NCBI GenBank assembly: GCA_951406725.2 | Contig: OX597825.1 | Span: forward strand, 25,606,001-25,670,000 | DNA length: 64,000 bases | DNA from: Octopus vulgaris | Taxonomy: Eukaryota | Reading direction: 5' to 3' | Shown: positions 42,545-57,204 of the stretch, in pieces | How positions within the stretch are numbered: the first letter of the stretch is position 1 | How the letters are laid out: the number at the start of each line of letters is the position of its first letter | Program-made: the position numbers and the translations under genes | Notes under the pieces: model-generated | Told to the model about the DNA's origin: nothing | The model's input: the letters and a program-made list of their open reading frames with translations, nothing else | Databases searched by the model: none

Positions 42545-45500
42545 ATCAATGTGTTTGTTCTTTATTGGCTTCGTATACGTGACCTTTGCAATATATGCAA
42601 TTTCCTGTCGTGCAGCAAGGATATGAAAAGCAATATCAAGAGAGATCAGATGCATTACGCGTATGAATAAATTGACAATATCTGAGGAAGTTCTGTACCT
42701 AGGAGATATCAGAATCTACACAATCAATAAGCAACCACCTGCTTCGGGGCAACGCGATTCAAGATGAAAATATAATTGAATGATGATTAGTTATAATGCC
42801 CGCCTTCAAATGGGATTCCTGCAGACATTTACTCATAGAAAGGCTCTCAATTATATACATATTCCAAGGAGAATATCACTAATAGACATGCAAAAAGCGA
42901 TTTAAACCCTGTGGCATTCTGCGACATTTCCGTGAACACCACGAGTATATATGAACTGAATAAGGGTTTGATTAAGGGATCACGCAGTGTAAAGGATCTA
43001 AGTTACCCCCAATTGCATCCAGTCTTTCTACAGTTCAAAACTTAAACAGTGTCATCTTAGATACACTGATGGAAATCTAAAGATGCGTTGGTCCTAGCTA
43101 GAATACCTTCAATGTTAGGTGTATTCAATTAAACCACCAATAAAAATGTTTCATACGGCTTCCTTGAAAGACCGAAAACTGTAAATGGATCTGCTTCGGT
43201 TTCGATGACGAGTATTTAATTGTTCAATCAACTCACCTAATTGCTCAATGAATTAGCTTTAAGTAGCTGAGTATTCCGCAGGCGTGCATACCCTTATCAT
43301 AATTCTGTGTGTACCAGTACATGTACGGTCTAGTCGATGGATTTCCGTACAGTTTCCGCCTACCTAATTACACCCACAAAGCCTGGAACTGCCCGAAGTT
43401 ACGTCACGTATCGGGATCCAGCCTTGGACCTCACAAGTGAGAGTACATCTTAATGTATCGGTCATTCTGCGTCCAGTACAGCATGTTTCACATACTTTAC
43501 CTTGATTAAAGCTATAGATGGTGAACAATTGGTCAGCATCACATCATCTTGTTACAGAAAACAATAGCCGTATTCATTATAAATAACAAACAAAAATAGA
43601 CAAACATAAATGGGGATCAAGTATCCTGTTTGAACACCAACCGACAAAAATAGACAAAAAGTTAACATCCATATGGAAAAATATACGTACACAAACACGC
43701 ACACACATATGTATGTATGTATTCATGCATGCATGCATGCATGTAAGTATGTATATATGTACGTATGTATGTATGTATATATGTATTCATGCATGCATGT
43801 ATATATGTATGCATGTATGTATGTGTGTATGCATGTATGTATGTATGTGTATGTATGTATGTATGTATGTATGTATGTATGTATGTATGTGTATGTATGT
43901 ATGTATGTATGTATGTATGTATGTATGTATGTATGTATGTATATATGTATCCATGTAGGTATGTATGTGTGTGTCTGTCTGTCTGCCTACTTGTTTGTCT
44001 GTCTGTCTGTATCTATCTGTCTATCTATATATCTATCTATTTATCTAGGCGTACAAAGAAGAAGCACTCGACTTATCTCGAGGAAAATATAGATATTTTT
44101 GCTTAGAGTATTTAGATTGGATCTGCACTTTAGTGTGAAAGCACGCTTCGAATTGTTATGATAAACATGGTTTTTAGACAAGTGTAATTATTACTGGATG
44201 ATATGTTATGTTTGGTGGTATCCCAGCATGAACACAGCTTTAAAGCTGAAACAATTTAAAGGTTTAAAGATTAACCAGTTTATACTACATTAGAGTTTGA
44301 GACTATTGCTGAATGACTACTGAATGTGAGAAACAATTCTGGCACAGAAGATTAGAAAAGTTTACCTTACTCCGGTCACAACCTGAAATGAAGTGAAACA
44401 TTTCTGAAGTACACTAAAAATGATGGGATAAATTTAGGAACAAATGATTGGTAAATTACTGACAGGGAGCTCCGTTGATGGCAGCATTATAAAAGTTCAG
44501 TCTACTTGTTAAAGGACAAAGTCGGCTTTTAACATACACGAATGAATAAAGAGGGGCTTTGTAAAGAATGCTGCTGGTTAGAGTGGGTAAGTAATTTCTA
44601 TCATTCCAAAGCCTCCGAGTATAGAGATATAGACTGGAATAATTTTCATTGTTACCGGATCTGAAGTGCTACATATACCTCTTTAAAGGCTTTGGCTGAT
44701 TCCTGTGTAGTTCATCGCGATAACATTGAGTAGATTCGGTATCACCCTTTAGACTACTAAATTGAAAATTGATAATTTTTTAATGATTAATATGCCATTA
44801 TTAGGTTATTAGTGAGCTTACGATTTTTAGAATTTTGTATTACATTTTTTATTAGTATTTAACTTATATTCTTTACTGTTGCCTTTATTTCATTCTTTGT
44901 TATTTTTCCATTTACTTAACCTTTTAACTACATTGAAAATCATTGGGTTCACCACAACTCTATTATTTGTGCTTCACCAATATTCTTAGTTTTGGAAAAT
45001 TCTAAATCCTTCATGGTGTATTCTATATTCTATAATACCTTTTAATTGCAACTCTTACACCAAAATTAACATCTAAATATATTCAAACGTAATATCTTTT
45101 AAAATTTGATTTAATTGGATCTAATATAGTTGGTTTTAACATACACCTTATTTCAAGCAGCGTTTATTTTATTGTTAGTTATACTTTTATAGGTGCCTAA
45201 ACTCAACTTCCTCCATCTCTATTCCCCCTTTCTTTGCTCCCTCTGAAAGCAACATAATTTACCTTCGTATCCTAAAGAAATCTTAGCATGTACTTAGAAG
45301 TAGCGTTTTAACAAATATATTCAACGAAGTTTAAAATCCTGCTTAAAAAAACTTTCTTTATTTTTCCTATTACGTTTTAGTTCGAACTTTTCCTTTTTAT
45401 AAAGGTGGTTTTATATTAGAAGTTCCATTTCCTAAATTGTTTAACATTTACTTCGTTCTTTTGAGGGGATATTTTTAATGTTAATATAATATTAATAATA

Positions 45501-46084
45501 ATTACAATAACAGCAGCAACAACTGCAAAAACAAGATCTCACTGCAAACCTCAAACGTATTTTCTAGTAGCTTTTTAAAACGAAAATTTTTACAACATGG
45601 AATAGCTCTGAAGAACGTAGAAGCATAGAGTTGCAAAACTTTTGTTGTATATCCATATATTTTTTAGACAAAAAAGAAAAAAAAAATCCATTTTTAGACT
45701 TATTTTGTTTCTCCACGTAGTTTACCTAAAGAAAATGTGTTTAGCTATAAAAATTTGAACCACGAATCTCGAAAGAAAATGTGCAAAACCAACAGTGTAA
45801 TACACAGAACATACGTAAAATAAAATGAGAAAACATTCTATATAAAAACACATAGAGTACAAGAGAAAAGAAATATCAAAAGCGATTCCACCGAGAGCCG
45901 CTGGTGTGAACAATACTAGCGTTTTCTTTGTCAAAGAAAGCATTAATGCATAAAGCATTAAAAATAGGTTCAGTTTTTACTTCATAAAAAGCCAGTGAAG
46001 ATCTAGGACATTGGGGATTAACTAGAAAAGGAAAAGAAGTCATAGAAGGAACATCATATCACACGAGACAGAATTATTGTGCCT

Positions 46085-47615
46085 TCTGGTACTTATTTTG
46101 GTTCTTTACCTTCTGAGTTCAAATATCACCGAAGTCAATTTTCTCTTTTAAAAGTACCAGTCATGTACTTGAGTTGACCATCAAAATTGCTGGCCTTATA
46201 CCCGAATCAGAAACCATCATTAATAATCGGCAAAATCGTTACAACAAAATACCCTCTGGTATTTTGTATGACACTTTATTTTCTGAGTTCCAATCCTACT
46301 GATAGGATTTTCACCCATTCGGGGACGATAAAATAAAGAAGCAGCTAAGTACCGGCTGAATTTAATGGATTTATCTCTCCCTCAATTTACATACATTGTA
46401 CCTAATTAATAAATTATTATTATTATTACTATTAGGGCAAAGGCGGCGAGCTGGTAGAATCATTTTCAGGCATTGTGTATATAGTAGAAAGGATTATTAT
46501 TAAAGGCCATGAGCTGGCAGAAACGTTAGCACACCGGGCGTTCTAAGTTCAAATTCCGCCAAGTCGACTTTGCCTTTCATGCCTTCAGGGTCGATAAATT
46601 AAGTGCCATTTGTGTACTGGGGTAGATCTAAACTACTGACCGCCCCCCCCAAAAAAAATTTCGGGCCTTGTGCCTAGAGTAGGAAAGATTATTAAAGGCA
46701 GCAGGCTGGCAGAATCCTTAGGACGCTGGAAGAAATGCTTAGAGGTTTTTCGCCCGTCGAAGGTTCTGAGTTCAAATTCCGCCGCGGTCGACTTTGCCTT
46801 TCATAATTTCAAGGTCGATAAATTAAGTATCAGTAAAACACTGGGTCAATGTAATTAACTAGTCCTCTTCCTCCAAATTTCAGACCTTGTGCCTTTAGTA
46901 GAAAGGATTATTATAGATTATTAATTAAGATGATGAGCCGGTAGAATTGCTAGCATGCCGGACAAAATGCTTAGCGGTATTTCTTCAGGCTTTACATTCG
47001 GAGTTCAAATGCCTTGGAGATCAACTTTGTCTTTCGTTATTTTGGGGGTCAATAAATATATGACTTAGTTGATTCACGGGGATCGATGCAGTCGACTGTA
47101 TCCTACTCCCAAACTTCAGACCTTGTGCTTTAGAATGGACAAAAATCATCATTAAGGGGTCGGCTTGCAGAATCGTTAGCGTGCCGGATAAAATGATTTG
47201 CAGTACTTCTTCCGCATCTTTATGTTTAGAATTCAAATGTCGCTGACGTCAGCTTTGTCTTTCATCCTTTCGGGGTCGATAACAGAAAGTACCAGTCAGA
47301 AACTGGAGTTGATGTGCTAGACTAACCCCATTCCCTCAATCTTTCTATCCCTGCACAAAAATGACAAAGAATTATTATTAACAATACTAATCCATCGAAG
47401 GCGGCAGATTAACAGAATCATTAGAACGTCGGACTAAGTGCTTTGCGGTATTTTTTCCTGCGTTTATATTTTGAGTTCAAATTATTCCTATATGAACTTT
47501 GCCTTTCATCCTTTCGCGATCGATAATATAAAGTACCAATCAAGTGCTGAGATCAATGCCATCAATTAACACTATACCCCTCAAAATTGCGGGCATAGGG
47601 TCTAATTCAATAACC
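46085..47615 (+). repeat. Head-to-tail array of ~8 diverged SINE A (tail type 2) copies
   Basis: Units start near 46085, 46225, 46440, 46503, 46695, 46930, 47155 and 47398, separated by attatta-type linkers. Confidence 0.9.
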
Positions 47616-48276
47616 ACATCATCATTAACCAAACCGGTTCCCCTTTAAATAATTCTTCACTTACCATCTATTGTTTTTACCTCTCTTACTTTTTCTATTG
47701 ACTTTTTCTAAAGCTCGCTCTTTTGTTAACGCTTACTAAAGTATCCACACTCACCTCATCAAAAGAAAACAACAAAAAACTTTAAAAAATGATTAAAAAT
47801 TGATAACCCAATATTGTTCGTTACTATCTATATTTTCATTTGAAGCTGCTTTTCTTATCTCTGATAATTAATCAATATCATACGTTTTATTACTGAAACA
47901 TCATTTCTAGTTAGATTTATATGATTCCCTATAGACTGAGGCCGACTAATTATTCGGCAATCTTTTCATTTTCTGACACTATTCCGCTTACATCGTGGTT
48001 TTAACACATTTCCTAAATTTGTTTGAAATTATAACCGTGAGTAATATTATACGACACTAAATATATCTTTTCTATATTCTTAAGCATATCTCTACAGATG
48101 TCCTATTGAATTTAGAGCCAGTACTGAAAGTTAGGACGCTTCGTATGCGAATACGTCGATGTAAATAATGCGAATGAAGATAGAAAAATAGGCGTCTCCT
48201 TCTTCGTATTCCTCAATTTCAAGTTCAGATTTTCTAATCCCTCCTCTTTTATTCACGGCCACATTCAGAGTGCATT

Positions 48277-48351
<75 letters not shown>

Positions 48352-48613
48352 TAATTTGTAAACGTAGCGCAGGCGTATAGTCAAAAAGACAGCTTCATCA
48401 ACATAATGTCCCAGATTTGATTCCAATGCATGGCATCATTGGCAATTGCCATATTCTGTAGCCGGGGAGAGGCCTATATTTTTGCCATCGAAATTGGTTG
48501 AACGAGTTTCCTTGTAATTCAAAATGCCCAGCCTTGCCATACACGAGTTTACGCTTATTCTTGTTTGAGAATTACGTAAAGCAGAAATGTATCTAAAGTA
48601 CACATACATACAA

Positions 48614-48644
<31 letters not shown>

Positions 48645-48838
48645 TACACACAAATATATTCGTTAATTCAGGAGCAGGTAACTTATCAGTTCGGACAACT
48701 GAATACTCATCGTTGATCGAAGATCTACATCCACCACCACCACCACCATCATATGCATACGTACATACACGCATACAGATATACATACATACTTGCACAC
48801 ACACACAGACGCACACACACACACACACACACACAGAG

Positions 48839-48888
<50 letters not shown>

Positions 48889-49177
48889 GTTTATAAAGGA
48901 CATTTTCGCTTGACGCATTACTAATGCTTAGAAAAACCTAATCAGACGGCATTTAATTCCATTAAGGTGGAAGATAAGTAAATTATACAGATATGAGAAG
49001 CTGCCGAATATTAAATATACGATAGCATCGATTGCTCAGCTCAGATTATTCCTCATGTAACAATTAAGAACGTATTACAGAAATTTTCTTAATCACTGTA
49101 ATGGATTGGAGCCAACCAAAACGAGGTGCATCGAATTATTTCAATGCATCTTACATATTATATACTTGAAGATAATA

Positions 49178-49229
<52 letters not shown>

Positions 49230-49231
<2 letters not shown>

Positions 49232-49783
49232 GCCCTGATGCAGTACCAGGCAGTGGCTCTCATGGCTTCTGATCTTAACTGATTGGAAGTGTTATCATGT
49301 ACATTGTTTTGTCTTGGTATAAAAGATGGGCTACAGCAAATATTCTGCTCAATACCACAGATTTGCTTGTCAGTTGTTTGACCTTAACCAGTTGAGCATG
49401 TCACTTAGTGGCTGACGATATGTGCATCTCTGATCACGAGCAGAAGTAGTGGGGAGCATCATAGCCATGTGTTGAGAGGATTCTTTGGGATTTGAATAGT
49501 TCACCTCTGGAAACATGGGTGGTTCTTTCAACATCCTTAAACAACCCTTATTCAAGGACCGTTTGAGCGGGATGGGCTACTCAACCTGAAGAAAATTCTA
49601 ACTGGGCCCCACCTGCAAGGTCATGTGCTGTTTATCTTGATATGAGATCACCATGTCGCGCACATATGGTTGTGATGCATGTGCCTGATGTACCTTTATC
49701 AGACGGGTAGTCATTATGGGTATATTGGGCTTCGTATATTTTACCCCAGTGTCACTTTGATGGCATGAACTGCTCTCTCACTC

Positions 49784-49784
<1 letters not shown>
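49230..49784 (+). mobile_element. ~555-bp non-coding element embedded in (AAT)n
   Basis: GC-richer island with pure (AAT)n on both sides and no credible ORF. Confidence 0.65.
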
Positions 49785-49815
<31 letters not shown>

Positions 49816-49869
49816 TAATAACAATAACAACGGCTCTTTAAACATACATAGAATGAAGAATTTAGGTTA

Positions 49870-50450
49870 CTTTTCTTCTCTGCTATAGGCACATGGCCCG
49901 AGATTTTGGGAAGGGGGGGCAGAGGATTAGATGATCCCAGTATGCAACTGGTATTTAATTTATCGACCCCAAAACGATGAAATGCCAAGTCGAACTCGGC
50001 GGAATTTGAACTCAGAACGTAACGGCAGACGAAATACCTATTTCTTTACTACCCACAAGGAGCTAAACACAGAAGGGACAAACAAGGACAAACAAACGGA
50101 TTAAGTCGATTATATCGACCCCAGTGCGTAACTGGTACTTATTTAATCGACCCCGAAAGGATGAAAGGCAAAGTCGAACGTAGCTGCAGATGAAATACCG
50201 CTAAGTATTTCGCCCGGTGTGCTAATGTTTCTGCCAGCTTGCTGCCATTTATGTTATTATTTCGATAAACGGAAGGCAGCGAGCTGGCAGAATCGTTAGC
50301 ACGCTGGGCGAAATTCTTTGAGGCACTTCGTTTGCGTGCATCTTCTATGTTTAAATTCTGCGGAGGTCGCCTTTGCCTTTCGCTCTTTCCAGGTCGATAA
50401 ATTAAGAACCAATGAAACACTAGGCTCGATGTAATCGATTGGTCCTCTCG
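49870..50450. mobile_element. SINE A dimer (-) plus head-to-head SINE A (+)
   Basis: - copies 49870-50245 with junction gaaatag|gtatttcg; + copy starts near 50273. Confidence 0.88.
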
Positions 50451-50692
50451 TTAGATTAAAATCTTCGACTTCAAGGCCATCTCATCCGTCCGACTTGTTT
50501 TGAACATTATATATATAATATTCAAAACAAGTATATATATATATATATATATATACACACAACGTTCTTCTTTCGGTGTCTATCTATCAAATCCACTCGC
50601 AAGGAGTTGGTCGGCCCGGTGCTGTAGTGGAAGACATCTGCCCAAGGTGTCACGCAGTAGTTGGAAAGCGAACGTCTTACCACACATCAAAA

Positions 50693-50765
<73 letters not shown>

Positions 50766-51483
50766 CTCTCTCTCTCTCTCTCTTTTTCACACACACATAA
50801 AAAAAAATTTAATGAATCTGGTATCAAATATTGTCATTAGATATCTCATCCTTTGCTCCCAAAACAAGGAATTGTATGTGAATGAATATCTGTATTCGCC
50901 CTATTCGAAAAGAAACAAAACACAGCAAACAAACATTTTGAATGTTTATCTGTCTCCATGTTGCTCTAATTTCATATTGGTCGCCATATTTTCATTGCTA
51001 TCCAATAAAATCTTTTCTCCTACAAGACTTTTTCACGCATCCATTCACGATTATTGCTATCTATGACCAGTATTTCTACGTTCTTTTCCCCGCGCGCACA
51101 CACACACACTGGAGGTGCAATGGCCCAGTGGTTAGTGCAGTGGTCTCGCGGTCGGAGGATCGCGGATTCGATTACCTACTGAGGTCTAACAAGAGTGACA
51201 ATGGCTGTTGCATGTAGCAAATTCGCTTTAAAGACAAGATCCATTCCTAGCGGTGATGGGTAAGGATATTAGAGTTGTTCCCCTTCATTCCAGACTTTAT
51301 ATTTTTAAATAGATATATAGGGAGGCTTTCATATTTACTTGGAAGTATAACGTCTGTTAATTGTAGGATCCCTATCACTGCGTTGTATATCTGAGACTCT
51401 ATCGTTTGTCCATATATGAGGCAAACCACTTTCCAACTTATTGTCTCTTAGCCCTATTGCACATATACTCACACACACACACA

Positions 51484-51574
<91 letters not shown>

Positions 51575-51880
51575 ATGTGTGTATGTATATGCTTTTTTGT
51601 TCTCTGTCTGTGTGTGCGTGTGTCCGTATGTGTCTGATGAGCGTGAATGAGTGTGCAGAAACAGTATGAAATACATTTTAAAGTAAACTTGAAAGTGTTA
51701 TACATGATTTTCATTGTTTTTGTTTTTGTTTTTTCTTCTTTTTGTTACCGAAATGTAAGAAATAAATAAAATTCTGATATCTCTCTCTCTCATGTCATAA
51801 GTTTTGAAAAAAATCAACATGAACAACGCAAAAAAACAACAGCAACAATAACAGCCACAATAACAGTAGCGATAATAATA

Positions 51881-51932
<52 letters not shown>

Positions 51933-52090
51933 TATATTAATAATAATAATAATGATAAAATAATAATAATAATGATAATAATAATAATAACAACAATAAT
52001 AATGTCTCTAAAACCTACACGTACATGATAAAATATATATTTTATTCTTAATAATTCAGATCTTATTTCAATTCATATTTATTATTAGCA

Positions 52091-52199
<109 letters not shown>

Positions 52200-52472
52200 T
52201 ATTATTATTATTACTATTATTATTATTAATGTTGTTGTATCTAAGCTATATTTCATATATAATTTCCGTTTTCTTTATACATTTTTATGCTATTTTTTTC
52301 TTTGTCTTCTACTCAGAAAGATTTCTATAAATCATTAGAGTCGTCATGCCGTCGTAGTTTTTGAAATGATTTTGAGACAGGTGAGATGACAACGCAAAAA
52401 TATGGAAATCTTTCGCGTATGATATGTTGCTTCAAGTTCTCCGTTGATGTCTTTGGAAATGTCGGAAAAGTT

Positions 52473-52516
52473 TTAAACTTGGGTAATGTAGAAGTTGGAA
52501 CAGAGTGGCGTGAAAT
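52473..52516 (-). CDS. Candidate terminal coding exon of an unidentified host gene: (N/D)FTPLCSNFYITQV*
   Basis: Acceptor ttttaataattctttggacatcattgcag|at; the phase-1 frame ends in TQV-stop (class I PDZ-ligand pattern) and is phase-compatible with 59997-59943. Confidence 0.5.
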
Positions 52517-52689
52517 CTGCAATGATGTCCAAAGAATTATTAAAACAAATAAAACAAATAAAAATAGTGCATACGCGTGCGCACTCGCGCATTCAGACAT
52601 TCGCATGCACATAAGCATTTGTAGATTTATTGAGAGATATACTTATATTCAGTAGCATATAAGTATATCACACAATAAGGAGGGAAACA

Positions 52690-53600
52690 TCTAAAAAGAA
52701 AATTAGAAAAGAGTAGAGAAGAGAAATAGAGAGAAGTTAAAAAGGACTAGATGAAAGAGAGGAAGATAGAGATAGAGAGGCATAGGTAGATGTATAGAGA
52801 TAGATAGAGAGAGAGAGAAAGAGAAAAAGGGATAGATAGATAGTGAGAGAGAGAAAGAGAAAAAGGGATAGATTGATAGAGAGAGAGAAGAAGAAGAAAG
52901 AGAAGAAGAAGAAGAGTAGAAGAAGTAGAAGAAGAAGAAGAAGTAGAAGAAGAAGAAGAAGATGAAGAAAAAGAAGAAGAAGTAGAAGAAGAAGAAGAAG
53001 AAGTAGAAGAAGAAGAAGAAAAAAAAGAACAAAAGAAGGAAAAGAGATTGGACACCAAGGTTTGAACCCACAGAGAGATCCGGACAAGAATACGGAAAGA
53101 AGTTGATAGATATAATAAATATTGAGTTATAGTAAGAGAGAGAAAGAAGGAAGTAGTATAGAAAGGTAGGAATAGAGAGAGGGGACAGAAGAAGATATTG
53201 AGGAAGAGAGAGTAAAATGCAGAATGAGAGAGATTAAGAAAATGAAAGATATAAATTGGAAATTCTTGTGTGTGTGTGAGAGAGAGGGAAAGAGGAAGAC
53301 AGAAAGAGAGAGGGTAAAAGGATAAATAGATAGGTAAATAGTGAGTGAAGTGGAGCAGAGTTTGAAGCATAGTTTACGGTAGATATTGTCATTGTCAGGA
53401 AAGTGAAAGTGAAAGTAGAAAACAGAGGTGGGCCATGAGAAAGCGAGACAGGAGAATAAGAAAGAGAGAAACAGAAGAGAGACGAAAGGACAGGGAAAGC
53501 GAAAGAGAGAGAATTACCAAGGGTTATACATAGTTACGTAGAGAAATAAATGAAAAGAGAAAGAAGAAGAAACGAAGAGAAATGGTGAGAAATTTCACAA
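52690..53600 (+). repeat. ~0.9-kb purine-rich tract including (GA)n and (GAA)n
   Basis: Directly visible strand asymmetry. Confidence 0.9.
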
Positions 53601-54340
53601 CTTATTGATGTGAAGCAAAACGAAAAATATTAAATTGTATATAATTTTTGTTGTTGCTTGTATTGTTGTTGTTCTTGAAGAGATGGAAAGTAAAATAACT
53701 TGTCACATGTGAACCTGAGATAGAAATAAAACGGTGGCAGATGATAGACAAAGTTGTTTGAAACGACTTATAAGATTTGGCAATTCTTATTAAAGAATAC
53801 GTTCTGATGGGCTAAAAGTCAAAGATTGACTGAAACAGACGAAAAATGACTGAATCACGAAAGACAAGCGAGATATGATATAATCAAATAGAGCAGTGAC
53901 CTGTGATATTAAAACCAAACATGACAGAAGTACGAAACAGTGGTTTGTGACATCAAAAGAAATAAAAACACAATGAAAAACAATATTTGCCGACAACAAA
54001 CAAATCGGAAACGACTCATGCCAGAGCAAAATATTAAATAAATACAATACAGCAACACAGAATGATTTTTATGTATGAGTTTTCTTGAATCAGGATATCA
54101 AAGAAGATATCATTCGATCAGTAACTAATAAGAGCAAATATTGGAAAAATAATGAAGCAAGTGATAGATTAATCATAGATGTTAGAAGAATTGTCATTAA
54201 TAGTTTATGTAGCAGGACAATATTGTCATATGTATATGACACGCTCCAGAAGTTCAATCCAATATTTGAATATCGCATCGCTTTGTATATTTGATAAGGG
54301 TGCGGATGCAAGAGTCTCTTTCTGTGTGTGTGTGTGTGTT

Positions 54341-54401
<61 letters not shown>

Positions 54402-54510
54402 ATATATCGTATTATATTAACGCACAAATGTATATATGTATTAATCTTTTTATGCCAAGTTATATACGAAAGCAAAAATCAAATATATACTATTTAAAGC
54501 CAGCATAGCA

Positions 54511-54552
54511 CAGTCTGACGAATATAAGCATGCCGAAACTTTGATGTCACTT
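54511..54552 (+). ncRNA. Degenerate type I hammerhead
   Basis: agt-CTGACGA-atataagcatgcc-GAAAC-tttgat-GTC-act; core and stems I/III present, stem II poorly paired. Confidence 0.5.
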
Positions 54553-54993
54553 TTAACCTTTTCCTTGTAAAAGTTTAATAAACATGAACACTACTAAAAA
54601 GTACAGAGTAATGCTTTAGTTCAGTGTTAAATTGCTTTTTTCTATAACTTGATATAAAAACAAACATTAATATTATAAATCCTTTCCGATGGGAATGCTT
54701 CTTTAAAATTAACTTGAAAGCAAGAAAAGAGTGATCCACATTCTATATAATTCTCTATGAAGAATATACCAATAATAACTAACAGGCAATTCAAACTGAG
54801 TAAAAAAATCAATAATACCACAGGAGAATAAATATCGGTGGGATCATAACTAAACCAACATAAAATGCAAAGGCCTTCCACGGCATGTATGAAAATATCT
54901 AGACGGACAATTTTCGCAAACGATTATATCAATACCTAATTGGCAGACAGACACAAATGTCAAATTAAATCGTTAGCCATGTACACAAGCATG

Positions 54994-55245
54994 TCTTGTC
55001 TTGTCCTGAGACAGCATTCACCCGGGTTGGGTTGAGCTGACTTCATTCATCCACAACGCTGCATCTCTCACAAACGCCGACCAGACCTGGCGATTTCAGG
55101 TTAACGACCGCGTGATCTCCAACCACTCCTTATTCCAGCGGCGAACTCCGTAGATATGGGGGTCTAGGTTGGGTTCCAGATTAGCCTTGACTGTAATCAG
55201 CCAGGTTTTTCGTTGTCCACCACATAGCTTTCGCCAACCCTGAAG
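54994..55245 (-). mobile_element. RTE LINE 3' end, 5'-truncated
   Basis: GWRKLCGGQRKTWLITVKANL...NRQVWSAFV; (caaga)n tail; perfect 11-bp TSD acacaagcatg at 54983-54993 and 55246-55256. Confidence 0.9.
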
Positions 55246-55378
55246 ACACAAGCATGGGTCTTATCCAATTCGTACAAAGGCTACCCGGAATACTCATGAT
55301 CTTATATCGTAGTGGCGTGTAAATTCAGCGGTAAGAAAAAGAATTAAATTTAAATATAGAACGCGAGCATTCACACAT

Positions 55379-55440
<62 letters not shown>

Positions 55441-55779
55441 ACACACAAACACACGCACACACAAACAGGCGAAAATGCATGCACCCATACACATATAGAC
55501 ACATACTCAGGGAATATATACATATGTATATGAGTATAGGCAACAGTGCATTCTTCGGAGGATATTTTACCATTATGTGACACGGTGTTTTGAGATGGAA
55601 GAGCGGCAACCTGTATAGGCATCGTATATCATAACCCCATGTCGATCAAAGTCTTGTCAGAATAAATTAATAAAGGGTTTGTGTTTATGTGTTCGTATGT
55701 GTGAGTGTGTGTATATGTATATGCATGTGTGTATGTAGTATGCGTGCGTGTGTGATGTATGTGTGTATGTGGTATATAT

Positions 55780-56012
55780 ATTTCTTAACTACCCACAAGG
55801 GGCTACACACAGAGGGGACAAACAAGGACAGACAAACGGATTAAGCCGATTACATCGCCCCCAGTGCGTAACAGGTACTTATTTTATTGACCATGAAAGG
55901 ATGAAAGGCAAAGTCGACCTCGGCGGAAATTTGAACTCAGAACGTAGCGGCAGACGAAATACCGCTAAGCATTTCGCTCGGCGTGCTAACGTTTCTACCA
56001 GCTCGCCGCCTT
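55780..56012 (-). mobile_element. SINE A full copy, tail type 1
   Basis: Matches 3779-4009; imperfect TSD tgtatgt(g/a)gtatatat. Confidence 0.9.
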
Positions 56013-56455
56013 CAACTGTATGTAGTATATATTTATGAGCGGGGAGCGTGCGATTTTAAATAATCTGTGAATCAAACGATAAAATAATATATTTCGATCG
56101 ATGTCGCTTACCTTTCGTCCGCTTTCGAGATCGATAAAATAAATCGCAGATAAAATAATAATAATCGATATGATCAACTGAAATGTTTAAAGGTTTTGGC
56201 CCAGTGAAACAGTTAACCAATTCATACATATTTAAATTATGCAGTACGAATATATTTGCATAGTTTGTTTAGATAAATATGAATAAACACATTTCCAACA
56301 AAATGTAAAATGATTATAGACGCACCAATAAACACCGCTCCACTCACGCACGCAACTTTATATATGCATTTTACACACGCATTTCAATACGTAGATTCTG
56401 TAACACTTTCATACAGATACAAACTCATATATAAATATATACACACATATATACA

Positions 56456-56515
<60 letters not shown>

Positions 56516-56591
56516 AAAATTACATGGTTATTGACGTAGTGTCCATTTTCGGCATAGAAATTTTTTCCTTTGCTCTTACTTATAAATTGTT

Positions 56592-56645
<54 letters not shown>

Positions 56646-56830
56646 TGCACGCGTGTATACCCCTCGCACATACATGTATGTTCAAGTATATATGATTACA
56701 TAATATATTTTTTAACATAGATATAAATATACGATTGTGTATGCGAATAAATTTTCGTATATCTGTCTATGGAGGTCTCTGTCTATACATTTCTCTCTTT
56801 TTCTCTGTACATGCTTAACACAACCCCACT

Positions 56831-56884
<54 letters not shown>

Positions 56885-57086
56885 CGGTCACGAGCACCAT
56901 TTGGTTCTCTAGCCCTTAATTCAGCGGAACATCTATGATGTCACCTGTAGGAGGAGAGAAGGTGATCTCAGCAGCCAGCTAGTATCTATCACAGTTGTCT
57001 GACTGAAGCTGCATTAAAGCAAGTGCTTTACTCGAGGAGACAACACATCATTCGCTCCAGGAATCGAATGTCCACGTTTACAATCT

Positions 57087-57180
<94 letters not shown>

Positions 57181-57204
57181 CGTGTATGTGTGTGTGTGTG
57201 TGTA

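Noticed and set aside
46085-47615. CRISPR-like or satellite array
   Set aside because: Units are ~200-bp SINE copies without repeat-spacer structure; eukaryotic context and no cas genes.
47745-47790. Recursive-splice-like polypyrimidine-AG|GTGAGT on - strand (also TAG|GTAAAC near 45725)
   Set aside because: GAG acceptor or weak donor; no evidence that an intron spans these sites.
52386-52655. + strand 89-aa ORF MTTQKYG...
   Set aside because: No homology recognised; the minus-strand spliced exon explains the region better.
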